64,000 nucleotides of DNA from contig JACRJU010000012.1 of the NCBI GenBank assembly GCA_016219925.1, positions 6,723-70,722 on the forward strand, in the 5' to 3' direction. Shown piece by piece: positions 17,919-25,230 of this stretch; position 1 is the first letter of the stretch, and every line of letters begins with the position of its first letter. The DNA comes from Candidatus Uhrbacteria bacterium. Lineage in GTDB: Bacteria; Patescibacteriota; Patescibacteriia; UBA9934; GWF2-40-263. Below the pieces are notes generated by a model that did no database searches, was not told the DNA's origin, and was given only the letters and a program-made list of their open reading frames with translations. The position numbers were made by a program, and so were the translations under genes.

Positions 17919-18884
17919 CTAGGCGATCGCCAGGTAGTGGCCGGCCGGGTAGCGCCCGAACGCGGCGTGGTGCAGTTGGCGCTCCAGGTCTCCCAGAAGT
18001 GAGCTGGCTCCGATCCGGAACCGCTCCGGCTTCGTCCAGTCCTCTCCGAGCTGTTCGTGCATGAGCGCCATCCAGGCCTGGGCCTCCTTGGCCGTCTTGA
18101 TGCCGCCGGCGGGCTTGAAGCCCACGGGGTGGCTCGGATCGATCTCGAGGAAGCGCAAGATCTGGTCGGTCATGACCAGACCGATCGGCAAGGTAGCGTT
18201 GGTTGCTTCCTTCCCAGTCGAGGTCTTGATGACATCGGCTCCGGCCAGGATGGCCGTGGCCGAGGCTTTCGCGATCCGTTCGAGCCTGACCAGGTTGCCC
18301 GTTCCCAGGATCACCTTGAGCTTGGCGCGATCGCCACAGGCCCTGCGGAAGCCGGCGATCTGGTCGTAGAGCGCCTTCCAGTTGCTCTGAAGCGCGAGGG
18401 CGCGGCTGATGACCACGTCGATCTCGGCCGCACCGGCGTTGATCGAAGCCTCGATCTCTTGAGGCTTGAGTTCCTCAGGGCCTTGCCCGTCGGGGAAGAA
18501 CGTCGAGACCGCCGCGACCGGGACCCCGGTTTTTTCCAGACAGGCCACGGCCTCGGCGACCTGCGCGTGGTACACGCACACGGCGCCGACGGTGAACGGC
18601 TCGATCCCGAGTTTCTCGAGGATGTCCGGTCGGACCGGACGCTTGGCCTTCTGGCAAAGCCGATCGACTCGTCCGGGAGTGTCACTCCCATCCAGAGTGG
18701 TCAGGTCGATGCACTGGATGGCATCGACGTGGGCGCGCACTTGCGAACCCCTCTTGATTGGCCGGCGCGCGACGAGCGATTGCGCTCGCTGTTCGACGCC
18801 TCTTCGGTTGACGTGGATCGACTCGATCAGGCCCAAGTCGAAGGCCAAAGTCTCACGCATGACTCCTCCGTAGGAAATTCCCAA
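17919..18884 (-). CDS. deoC: deoxyribose-phosphate aldolase (long form)
   Basis: 321 aa; class I aldolase TIM-barrel motifs (AAVSTFFPDGQG, Schiff-base Lys region VIKTSTGK); GGAGG RBS; high GC. Confidence 0.8.
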   Translation of the reverse strand: MGISYGGVMRETLAFDLGLIESIHVNRRGVEQRAQSLVARRPIKRGSQVRAHVDAIQCIDLTTLDGSDTPGRVDRLCQKAKRPVRPDILEKLGIEPFTVGAVCVYHAQVAEAVACLEKTGVPVAAVSTFFPDGQGPEELKPQEIEASINAGAAEIDVVISRALALQSNWKALYDQIAGFRRACGDRAKLKVILGTGNLVRLERIAKASATAILAGADVIKTSTGKEATNATLPIGLVMTDQILRFLEIDPSHPVGFKPAGGIKTAKEAQAWMALMHEQLGEDWTKPERFRIGASSLLGDLERQLHHAAFGRYPAGHYLAIA

Positions 18885-18908
18885 TCCATGGGGGATAGGG
18901 ATGGACTT

Positions 18909-18937
18909 TATATACAGGTGAAGGCGGCAATCGTCAA
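18909..18937 (-). promoter_or_regulatory. sigma70-type promoter upstream of deoC (TTGACG-17-TATATA, minus strand)
   Basis: Reverse complement reads TTGACGATTGCCGCCTTCACCTGTATATA, about 25-30 nt upstream of the deoC RBS. Confidence 0.5.
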
Positions 18938-18943
18938 GATATT

Positions 18944-18980
18944 GACCGAAAAACCAAAAGAGACCTCATGGGTCTCTTTT
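18944..18980 (-). terminator. rho-independent terminator after trpS
   Basis: Perfect 9-bp inverted repeat AAAGAGACC-catga-GGTCTCTTT directly after the trpS TAG stop, followed on the minus strand by TTTTGGTTTTTCGG. Confidence 0.6.
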
Positions 18981-18982
18981 GA

Positions 18983-19972
18983 CTAGGAGAGTTTTACGCC
19001 GATCGCTTCGCGAACTTGTTGCATTTTTTTCTCGGCGATCGCTTGCGCCTTTTGCGCGCCGGCCTCCAGTATTTCGATCAGATTTTTGTGATCTTTCAAG
19101 GAATCGTGAATGCGTTGTTGGAGCGGTTGGAGAAATTGATTGATCTGTTCGATCAGGTCTTGCTTAAACTGCGCATAGCCTTTTCCTTCAAATGCCGCCT
19201 CGATTTGTGCCATGGTTTTCCCGCTGACGAGTTCGTAGATCGTCATCAGGTTTGACACCCCAAGCCGTCCCGGACGATTGACGATCGTGCCTTCGGCATC
19301 TGTCATAGCGGCTTTGATTTTTTTCTCGACTGTTTTTTCGTCATCCATGAGCGAGAGGAAATTTTTATCGCTTGCGGCAGACTTGGACATCTTGCTTGTT
19401 GGATCATCCAGGGCCATCACGCGCGCGCCTTCTTTTCGGATATGCGGTTTTGGAATCACAAACGTTTCTCCAAACCGGTTGTTGAATCGCTCGGCAATAT
19501 CGCGCGCCAGTTCGACGTGCTGTTTTTGATCTTCACCCACCGGCACGATGTTCGTGTCATACAGAAGAATGTCCGCAGCCATGAGCACGGGGTAATCGAA
19601 CAATCCAACCGTGACCGATTCTCCTTTGTTGCGGGTTTTATCTTTGAATTGCGTCATCCGTTCAAGTTCACCCATATGGGTGAGACAATTCAAAATCCAT
19701 GCAAGCTCGGTGTGCGCGCTCACGCGCGACTGTTGGAAGAGAAGCGTTTTGTTTGGATCGACTCCGGCGGCCAGATACGTTGCGGCGGCAAAGAGAATAT
19801 TTTGTCGGAGCTGTTTGGGATCCTGGGGCACGGTGATCGCGTGGTAATCAACAATAAACAAAAAATTGGTGTTGCCGTCATCTTGCAATTTCACAAAGGG
19901 TTCGATCGCTCCAAAGTAGTTGCCGATATGGAGCACGCCGGAGGGTTGCAGAGCGGTGAGGATGTTTGCCAT
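18983..19972 (-). CDS. trpS: tryptophan--tRNA ligase
   Basis: Class I aaRS; start taken at MANILTALQPSGVLHIGNY (HIGH-type motif), KMSKS present (SKMSKSAASD). The ORF-track start at 20071 would overlap the upstream terminator hairpin and is probably too long. Confidence 0.85.
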   Translation of the reverse strand: MANILTALQPSGVLHIGNYFGAIEPFVKLQDDGNTNFLFIVDYHAITVPQDPKQLRQNILFAAATYLAAGVDPNKTLLFQQSRVSAHTELAWILNCLTHMGELERMTQFKDKTRNKGESVTVGLFDYPVLMAADILLYDTNIVPVGEDQKQHVELARDIAERFNNRFGETFVIPKPHIRKEGARVMALDDPTSKMSKSAASDKNFLSLMDDEKTVEKKIKAAMTDAEGTIVNRPGRLGVSNLMTIYELVSGKTMAQIEAAFEGKGYAQFKQDLIEQINQFLQPLQQRIHDSLKDHKNLIEILEAGAQKAQAIAEKKMQQVREAIGVKLS

Positions 19973-19999
19973 ACGGGGGTATGGTAGCAAAGCACACGG

Positions 20000-20038
20000 G
20001 AAATGAAAAATCACCCTTCGACAAGCGTCGGGTGATTT
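20000..20038 (-). terminator. terminator/attenuator-like hairpin between rnj and trpS
   Basis: 8-bp stem AATCACCC / GGGTGATT with a 13-nt loop and a T-run on the minus strand (TTTTTCATTT). It lies 22 nt after the rnj stop and about 28 nt before the trpS start, so it may give only partial termination or act as a leader. Confidence 0.4.
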
Positions 20039-20060
20039 TATCGTTCGAATGGGGCGGCTG

Positions 20061-21848
20061 TTACACTTCAATAATCACGGGAAGAATCATGGGGCGTCGT
20101 TCGATTTTTTTAAACAGGAACGCGCCGATCTTGTCGCGAATTTGTTCGCGGGCGTATTTGGGGTCTGCTTCGGATTTGGGATCGTGATCTTCAAGCACTT
20201 TGCGCACCTCTTGGCGCGTCTGATCGATCAGTTCACGATGCTCTTTCATAAAGATGAAACCGCGGCTGATAATGTCGGGAACGCCGACCAGTTTGCCGGT
20301 TTTCTTTTCAATCTGAACAATGACAACGACCATGCCGTCCTCCGCGAGCACTTTGCGATCGCGCAGAACGACTTGGGAAACATCACCCACCCCGAGTCCA
20401 TCCACGAACACATACTCGGTCGGAACTTTTTCTTTAGTGAGAGCACCATTGTCTTTCCAAAACTCCATGATCTGTCCGTTATCCACGACGAATACCTGTT
20501 CCTCCTGCCATCCCATCGAATAGGCCACGTCTGCGTTTTCGCGCAAAAGAAAATGGTTGCCTTCGATCGGGACGTAGTATTTTGGTTTGAACAAAGCGAG
20601 CATCAACTTGATGTCTTCTTTTTTTCCATGGCCGCCAGCGTGCACATCCATCATCGTATAGTTGATGACCTTACAGCCTTTGCGGTAGAGCGTATCCATC
20701 AGGCGCTGGACCGACGATTCGTTGCCAGGAATGACGGACGAAGAAAAGATCACAGTGTCGGTTTTGCGCACGCGCACACTGCGGTGCTCGTTGTTAGCGA
20801 TGCGATTAAGCGCGGCTTGCTTTTCCCCTTGGGCGCCGGTGCAGATAAGCACGACTTTTTCGTCCGGGTATCCATCCATCTGTTCGGGCTTGATGAGTGT
20901 GGACTGGGAGCATTTGATAAAGCCGATCTCTTTGGCGATCTCGACGTTGGTTTTCATTGAGTAGCCGTCGATCGCGACTTTCTTGCCGAGTTTTTCGGAC
21001 GCCTCGATGATTTGTTTGACGCGAGAGAGCAGGGAAGCGAAAGTGCCGATGATCACACGCCCTTTTGCTTTTTCAATGATATATTCCAGCTCTTCACCGA
21101 TCACCTTTTCTGAAACTTGGTGGCCTTCGCGGTTGGCGTTTGTGGAATCGCCCATGAGGCACAGGACGCCTTTCTTGCCGATCTCGGCGATTTTTTGGAA
21201 GTCCGCGCGCTCTTCACCGGATGGATGAAAGTCAAACTTCCAGTCGCCAGTATGGCAAATGGTTCCCACCGGCGTTTCCACCACGATACCAACCGAATCG
21301 GGAATGTTGTGGTTGATGTGCACGAAAGAAACCGTGAAAGCGCCGAGTTTGAGAATGTCGTCTACCTTTGTGACTTTCACCTCGAGCTTGCGCGTGTGGA
21401 AATCCTCCTGGCGGCGTTTGATGATGGCCGCGGAGACCGGCAGAGCATAAATCGGCGGATTACCAATGAAAGGTACCGTGTGGGGAATCGCGCCGATGTG
21501 ATCGTAGTGGCCGTGGGTGATGATCACCCCGCGAATATCTTTTTCGCGACCTTTGAGATACGACATGTTCGGGATAATGTAATCCACGCCCGGCATGTCT
21601 TCTTCAGGGAACTGGAGCCCCATGTCTATGAGAATGATGTCGTTTTTGTACTCGAGCAGAGTACAGTTGCGGCCAACTTCCTCACATCCACCGAGAACGA
21701 TGATGCGAAGTTTGTCGCCGCTAGGGGCTTTGATGGTCTGGGTCTGCGCCAACGGTTTGGCGCGAAACACGCGACCCTTGAAACGGTTTCCGCCGCGTGA
21801 ATGACGCGCGGAGGAGTTCCGTCCCGTTGCGGGTTGTTTAGGGGACAT
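20061..21848 (-). CDS. rnj: ribonuclease J (metallo-beta-lactamase/beta-CASP RNase)
   Basis: HxHxDH motif (ITHGHYDHIGAIP), beta-CASP and C-terminal domains; start chosen at MSPKQP (the ORF track gives 21890). Confidence 0.8.
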   Translation of the reverse strand: MSPKQPATGRNSSARHSRGGNRFKGRVFRAKPLAQTQTIKAPSGDKLRIIVLGGCEEVGRNCTLLEYKNDIILIDMGLQFPEEDMPGVDYIIPNMSYLKGREKDIRGVIITHGHYDHIGAIPHTVPFIGNPPIYALPVSAAIIKRRQEDFHTRKLEVKVTKVDDILKLGAFTVSFVHINHNIPDSVGIVVETPVGTICHTGDWKFDFHPSGEERADFQKIAEIGKKGVLCLMGDSTNANREGHQVSEKVIGEELEYIIEKAKGRVIIGTFASLLSRVKQIIEASEKLGKKVAIDGYSMKTNVEIAKEIGFIKCSQSTLIKPEQMDGYPDEKVVLICTGAQGEKQAALNRIANNEHRSVRVRKTDTVIFSSSVIPGNESSVQRLMDTLYRKGCKVINYTMMDVHAGGHGKKEDIKLMLALFKPKYYVPIEGNHFLLRENADVAYSMGWQEEQVFVVDNGQIMEFWKDNGALTKEKVPTEYVFVDGLGVGDVSQVVLRDRKVLAEDGMVVVIVQIEKKTGKLVGVPDIISRGFIFMKEHRELIDQTRQEVRKVLEDHDPKSEADPKYAREQIRDKIGAFLFKKIERRPMILPVIIEV

Positions 21849-22071
21849 AAAATAAAAAATGGTTATTAAATTAAGAGAACCGATGTTCAATTGTGAAAGA
21901 ACCTTCTCTCCTTATATTGATGGCGTGATCTTTTTGAGATGCGTGGGGCGCACACAGCCGGAAAAGATCGCGGGATTGTTCAGATCGATACCTGTCTTCG
22001 GGCCAACGGACTCGTCGCGCCGTTGTTCCCTCCGGCAGATGTCGATCTGATATTACTGTATGAAGAGAGAT

Positions 22072-22156
22072 TGGTGGGCGAGGAGGGACTCGAACCCTCA
22101 AGGATTACTCCATACGCTTCTGAGACGTACGCGTATACCAGTTCCGCCACTCGCCC
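22072..22156 (-). tRNA. tRNA-Leu (anticodon CAG), long variable arm, CCA encoded
   Basis: Minus-strand read GGGCGAGTGGCGGAACTGGTA...anticodon loop CTCAGAA...variable arm TGGAGTAATCCTTGA...GGTTCGAGTCC...CTCGCCCACCA. Confidence 0.8.
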
Positions 22157-22166
22157 GCGGCTTCTG

Positions 22167-23939
22167 TTATTTCAAGGCTTTTTTTGTTTTGATGTACCAC
22201 TCGTTGACGCGAGCGAATCTATCGGAAGGAACGCGCAGAGAAGAGAGATTAATCTGATGGATTTTTTTTGATACCGCGTAACCATAACGGGATTGATACA
22301 AGAAGATCGCGGGAATGTCATCCGTGATTTTTTGCGCAAAGGTTTGATAGGCCTTGTTTCGCTCTTCGGTCGTTTTTGCCGCTCGGGCCATTTCCAAAAG
22401 TTTATCAACGTCCGGATTGGCGTAGTCGGTCACATTCAGTCCTGCCTGTTCCTTTGGAGCCGAATGCCAGAACGGATACGGATCAGGGTCTGTGTTGAAT
22501 TGGGCTGTTGTTAACAGCAGTTCGAAATTGCGCGGAGTCACGACGTCTTCAAGGAAGGTTTGTTGTGGGATACTGACGATTGTCATCTGTATTCCGACCG
22601 CTTCCAGTGCGGTTTTGATTTCTTGTGCGACGTTTTGCATTTCTGCAGAATCGCTCGTGGTGAGCGTGAGAGCGATTGGAGCGCTTTGTTCAGCGGGTTG
22701 TAGTCCCGTGGCGTCCTGTAGAAGTTGTTTCGCTTTTTCTGGATCAAATCCACGATCCGTTACGGAATTTTCAAACCCTGGGATACCACTTAGAAGCGGT
22801 CCAGAAAGCACAAGGCCATCTTCAGAAAGCGTTTCGTTGACGAGATGGGTTTTGTCGATTGCGTAAGCGATGGCTTCGCGCACCCCCTTTTTTTTGAGGG
22901 GTTCGCTTGTCTTTTGGTTAAAGGCCAAAAAGGTTTCACGCGATACGAGAGGCGAATATACCATGACGGCTCGATTTTGTCGAGTCTCTTGCCGGTTTTC
23001 AAACGGCACGTAAGAGACCCCCTCAACAAATTTTCCCATCAAGGCTTCCGTGGCCCCTTGGACGTCAGGATAAAATTTGAAAGTCAAACGATCGATGAAC
23101 GCGCGGGTTCCAACATGGTGGTCGAAGGCCTTAAGCGTATAAGAGCGGATTGCGCCTTTTTTGTCTTTCGCAAACGAATCGAACTGATAAAAGCCCGAAC
23201 CGATCGGTTGGAGATTGAGAGCGGCCAGTGCGGCATGTTGGGGGAGAATGTCGGCCCAAGCGCTTGAAGGCAGGATGCCGATCGTCAGTTGGTTCAGAAA
23301 TGAGGGATCAGGTTTTTCCAAGGTGAACGAAACCGTGTGATCATTTTCTTGTACAACTGAAACGGATTTGAAAATCGGAAGCAAAGGACTGCGATAAACG
23401 GGGTTTTGAATCGCATTGATGGTGAAGAGGACGTCGCGCGCCAAAACAGGATCGCCGTTATGGAATTTGGCATCTTCACGGAGAATAAAGGTGAAGGTGG
23501 TTCCCTCTGGATTTACGGTGAATGATTCCGCGAGGTCTGGGATGAGGCCTTGATCAGGATCCCATTTGAGCAGTCCGGAAAACATCAAGGTCACGAGATC
23601 ACGGTCCACGTCATTGATGGTTGGATAGATCGGGTTGATGAGTTGGGGTTCGCCGATCAAGGCTTCGGTGTATTCTCCGCCTCGAGCGGGGATTTCAATG
23701 CGATGAGCCAGAACAAACACGCCAATCAATGTTGCAAGAGAAGCGATCAAAAGGGCGCTTGCGGTTTTGAGGGTGAATTTTTCTGGTCGCGTGAGGATTC
23801 CTGGAAGTTGTTTCCACTGTTTGAAGCTCGGAAATCGGCGCGGCTTGGACACCGAAATGACCTGGCGCATCGTCAGGTCTTTTGTGGGGTTTGATGAAGC
23901 TATAAAACGACCGAAGATCTTTTTGAAAGAGTCAGACAC
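22167..23939 (-). CDS. ABC transporter substrate-binding protein, family 5 (oligopeptide/nickel OppA/DppA-like), N-terminally membrane-anchored
   Basis: 590 aa; N-terminal TM anchor then an SBP_bac_5-like region (LIGEPQLINPIY..., KFHNGDPVLARDV...); true start may be the internal Met (MRQVIS). Confidence 0.7.
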   Translation of the reverse strand: MSDSFKKIFGRFIASSNPTKDLTMRQVISVSKPRRFPSFKQWKQLPGILTRPEKFTLKTASALLIASLATLIGVFVLAHRIEIPARGGEYTEALIGEPQLINPIYPTINDVDRDLVTLMFSGLLKWDPDQGLIPDLAESFTVNPEGTTFTFILREDAKFHNGDPVLARDVLFTINAIQNPVYRSPLLPIFKSVSVVQENDHTVSFTLEKPDPSFLNQLTIGILPSSAWADILPQHAALAALNLQPIGSGFYQFDSFAKDKKGAIRSYTLKAFDHHVGTRAFIDRLTFKFYPDVQGATEALMGKFVEGVSYVPFENRQETRQNRAVMVYSPLVSRETFLAFNQKTSEPLKKKGVREAIAYAIDKTHLVNETLSEDGLVLSGPLLSGIPGFENSVTDRGFDPEKAKQLLQDATGLQPAEQSAPIALTLTTSDSAEMQNVAQEIKTALEAVGIQMTIVSIPQQTFLEDVVTPRNFELLLTTAQFNTDPDPYPFWHSAPKEQAGLNVTDYANPDVDKLLEMARAAKTTEERNKAYQTFAQKITDDIPAIFLYQSRYGYAVSKKIHQINLSSLRVPSDRFARVNEWYIKTKKALK

Positions 23940-23942
23940 AGA

Positions 23943-24164
23943 TTACACAAGAACATTGGCCAAGGCCACGCCGAAAAAGAGTATCGTGATAATAATTGTC
24001 AATTGGAACAATTTTTTTTCTGCACCGCGCTTGGTGCGATAAACATTTCCCCCTCCTCCAAAAGCCGCACCGAGTCCCGTTCCGCGGGATTGCAACAGCA
24101 CGCCAGCGATCAGCAGGACCGCAAGAACAGTTTGGACGATATTAAGGATGTTTTGCAAGTTCAT
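23943..24164 (-). CDS. secG: preprotein translocase subunit SecG
   Basis: About 73 aa from MNLQNILNIVQTVLAVLLIAGVLLQ, with a Gly-rich loop (GAAFGGGGN) and a second TM. The ORF track extends to a TTG at 24215. Confidence 0.7.
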   Translation of the reverse strand: MNLQNILNIVQTVLAVLLIAGVLLQSRGTGLGAAFGGGGNVYRTKRGAEKKLFQLTIIITILFFGVALANVLV

Positions 24165-24338
24165 ACGTCTCATGGATAACGCACCGATTCTAACAAACAA
24201 GACGTTTTCCGTCAACGGGAAAGCTTGCGTTTCATGCCTTTTCCAGACATCCGCATTTTTGGACGCCCCTTCTTTTCTCGTCGTTTAATTCGTCGTTCTT
24301 CTTTATGTTCGGCGATTTCAATCTTCATATTTTTTTCT

Positions 24339-24434
24339 GTCATCCCGAGCGAAGCACTTGTCATCCTGAGCGAAGCGAAGGATCCCGTGCACCTTGGGAT
24401 CCTTCAGTCCATACAAACTCCTTCAGGATGACAT
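24339..24434. repeat. about 95-bp nested-palindromic repeat element (family core TGTCATCCTGAGCG[A/C]AGCGAAGGATC)
   Basis: Outer inverted repeat TGTCATCCTGA...TCAGGATGACA and inner perfect 10-bp inverted repeat GAAGGATCCC-gtgcacctt-GGGATCCTTC, plus an extra direct half-copy (GTCATCCCGAGCGAAGCAC). Same family as 37345-37419 and 37954-38027. The ORF-track ORF 24225..24431 (…VILSEAKDP…) is simply its translation. Confidence 0.55.
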
Positions 24435-24483
24435 AGAGAGAAACACACTAGAGGTTCGCTTTTTCCCATGATATACTTTTCTT

Positions 24484-25224
24484 ATGCCTTCGCCTATTGT
24501 TCCACTTTCTGATGCGCATCTCCACAAACAACGCAACTGGTTTGCGACGATCATCACGTTGGCTGTTATTCTTCTTCTTGGAGCTTTTGTCTGGCGAGTG
24601 CTAACGCTTGCTCAGCAAATCCGTTCCGGAGCTGTTGATCCTTCAACGTTTGATTTCAAGCAGTCTTTTACTTCAAGCTTGCGCCTTTCCGCGATCCCGC
24701 TGACGACGGGAAATGTGAACCTGGTTACAACAGACGATCCGTCTTTAGGCAGAGCAGATGCTCCGCTGACCGTTGTAGAGTTTGCCGATTTCGGCTGCCC
24801 GTTTTCCCGCGAGGCCGGTTTTACTCTGCGCGAACTCTCGCTTCGCTACCCGGAGAAGTTTCGGTATATCTATCGCGATTTTCCCATCGGCGAATTGCAC
24901 CCGATTGCGCAAAAAGCGGCAGAAGCGGCTGAGTGCGCTTCCGAACAAGGACGGTTCTGGGAATATCATGACAAACTGTTTCACAATCAATCAGATCTTT
25001 CTCAAGAGCGTCTGTATGAATTTGCGACAGAGTTGAATCTGAATACGCAGACGTTTCGGGAATGTTTAGATTCGGGACGCAAACGCGAGGAAGTTCTTCA
25101 GGATTATCAGGATGGGATAGACGCGGGGGTGCGCGGGACTCCGACGTTTTTCTTTAACGGGAAAAAAGTCGAAGGGGCTATCCCGAAAAAAACGTTTGAG
25201 GCATTGATTAACGCGGTGCCATAA
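24484..25224 (+). CDS. DsbA-family thioredoxin-fold thiol:disulfide oxidoreductase with a CPFS (CxxS) active-site motif, membrane-anchored
   Basis: 246 aa; N-terminal TM anchor; thioredoxin-fold motif VEFADFGCPFSRE; DsbA-like helical insertion with a second Cys (AAECASEQGRFWEY); a cis-Pro region near the C-terminus (VRGTPTFFFNG). Confidence 0.75.
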   Translation: MPSPIVPLSDAHLHKQRNWFATIITLAVILLLGAFVWRVLTLAQQIRSGAVDPSTFDFKQSFTSSLRLSAIPLTTGNVNLVTTDDPSLGRADAPLTVVEFADFGCPFSREAGFTLRELSLRYPEKFRYIYRDFPIGELHPIAQKAAEAAECASEQGRFWEYHDKLFHNQSDLSQERLYEFATELNLNTQTFRECLDSGRKREEVLQDYQDGIDAGVRGTPTFFFNGKKVEGAIPKKTFEALINAVP

Positions 25225-25230
25225 GAGTCT

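Noticed and set aside
14361-18986. Long antisense or alternate-frame ORFs across the GC-rich island (for example 14361..15461 +, 15730..16629 -, 16194..17192 +, 15977..16681 -, 17223..18002 +, 18057..18986 +)
   Set aside because: High GC lowers stop-codon frequency in all frames. These ORFs have Arg/Ala/Pro/Gly-rich low-complexity translations and lie opposite or out of frame to strongly supported deoB/ALDH/deoC genes, so they are compositional artefacts.
19442-21804. Antisense ORFs inside trpS and rnj (19442..19987 +, 20049..20960 +, 21117..21800 +)
   Set aside because: They lie opposite to strongly conserved housekeeping genes and their translations have no motifs; typical shadow ORFs.
21891-22071. 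Possible leader or riboswitch upstream of rnj (181-nt untranslated gap before tRNA-Leu)
   Set aside because: I could not identify any conserved riboswitch motif or convincing terminator/antiterminator alternative pairings by eye; it most likely just holds the rnj promoter and 5' UTR.
24225-24431. 68-aa ORF containing '…SVIPSEALVILSEAKDP…'
   Set aside because: The peptide is the direct translation of the palindromic repeat element and its extra half-copy; it is not an independent gene.
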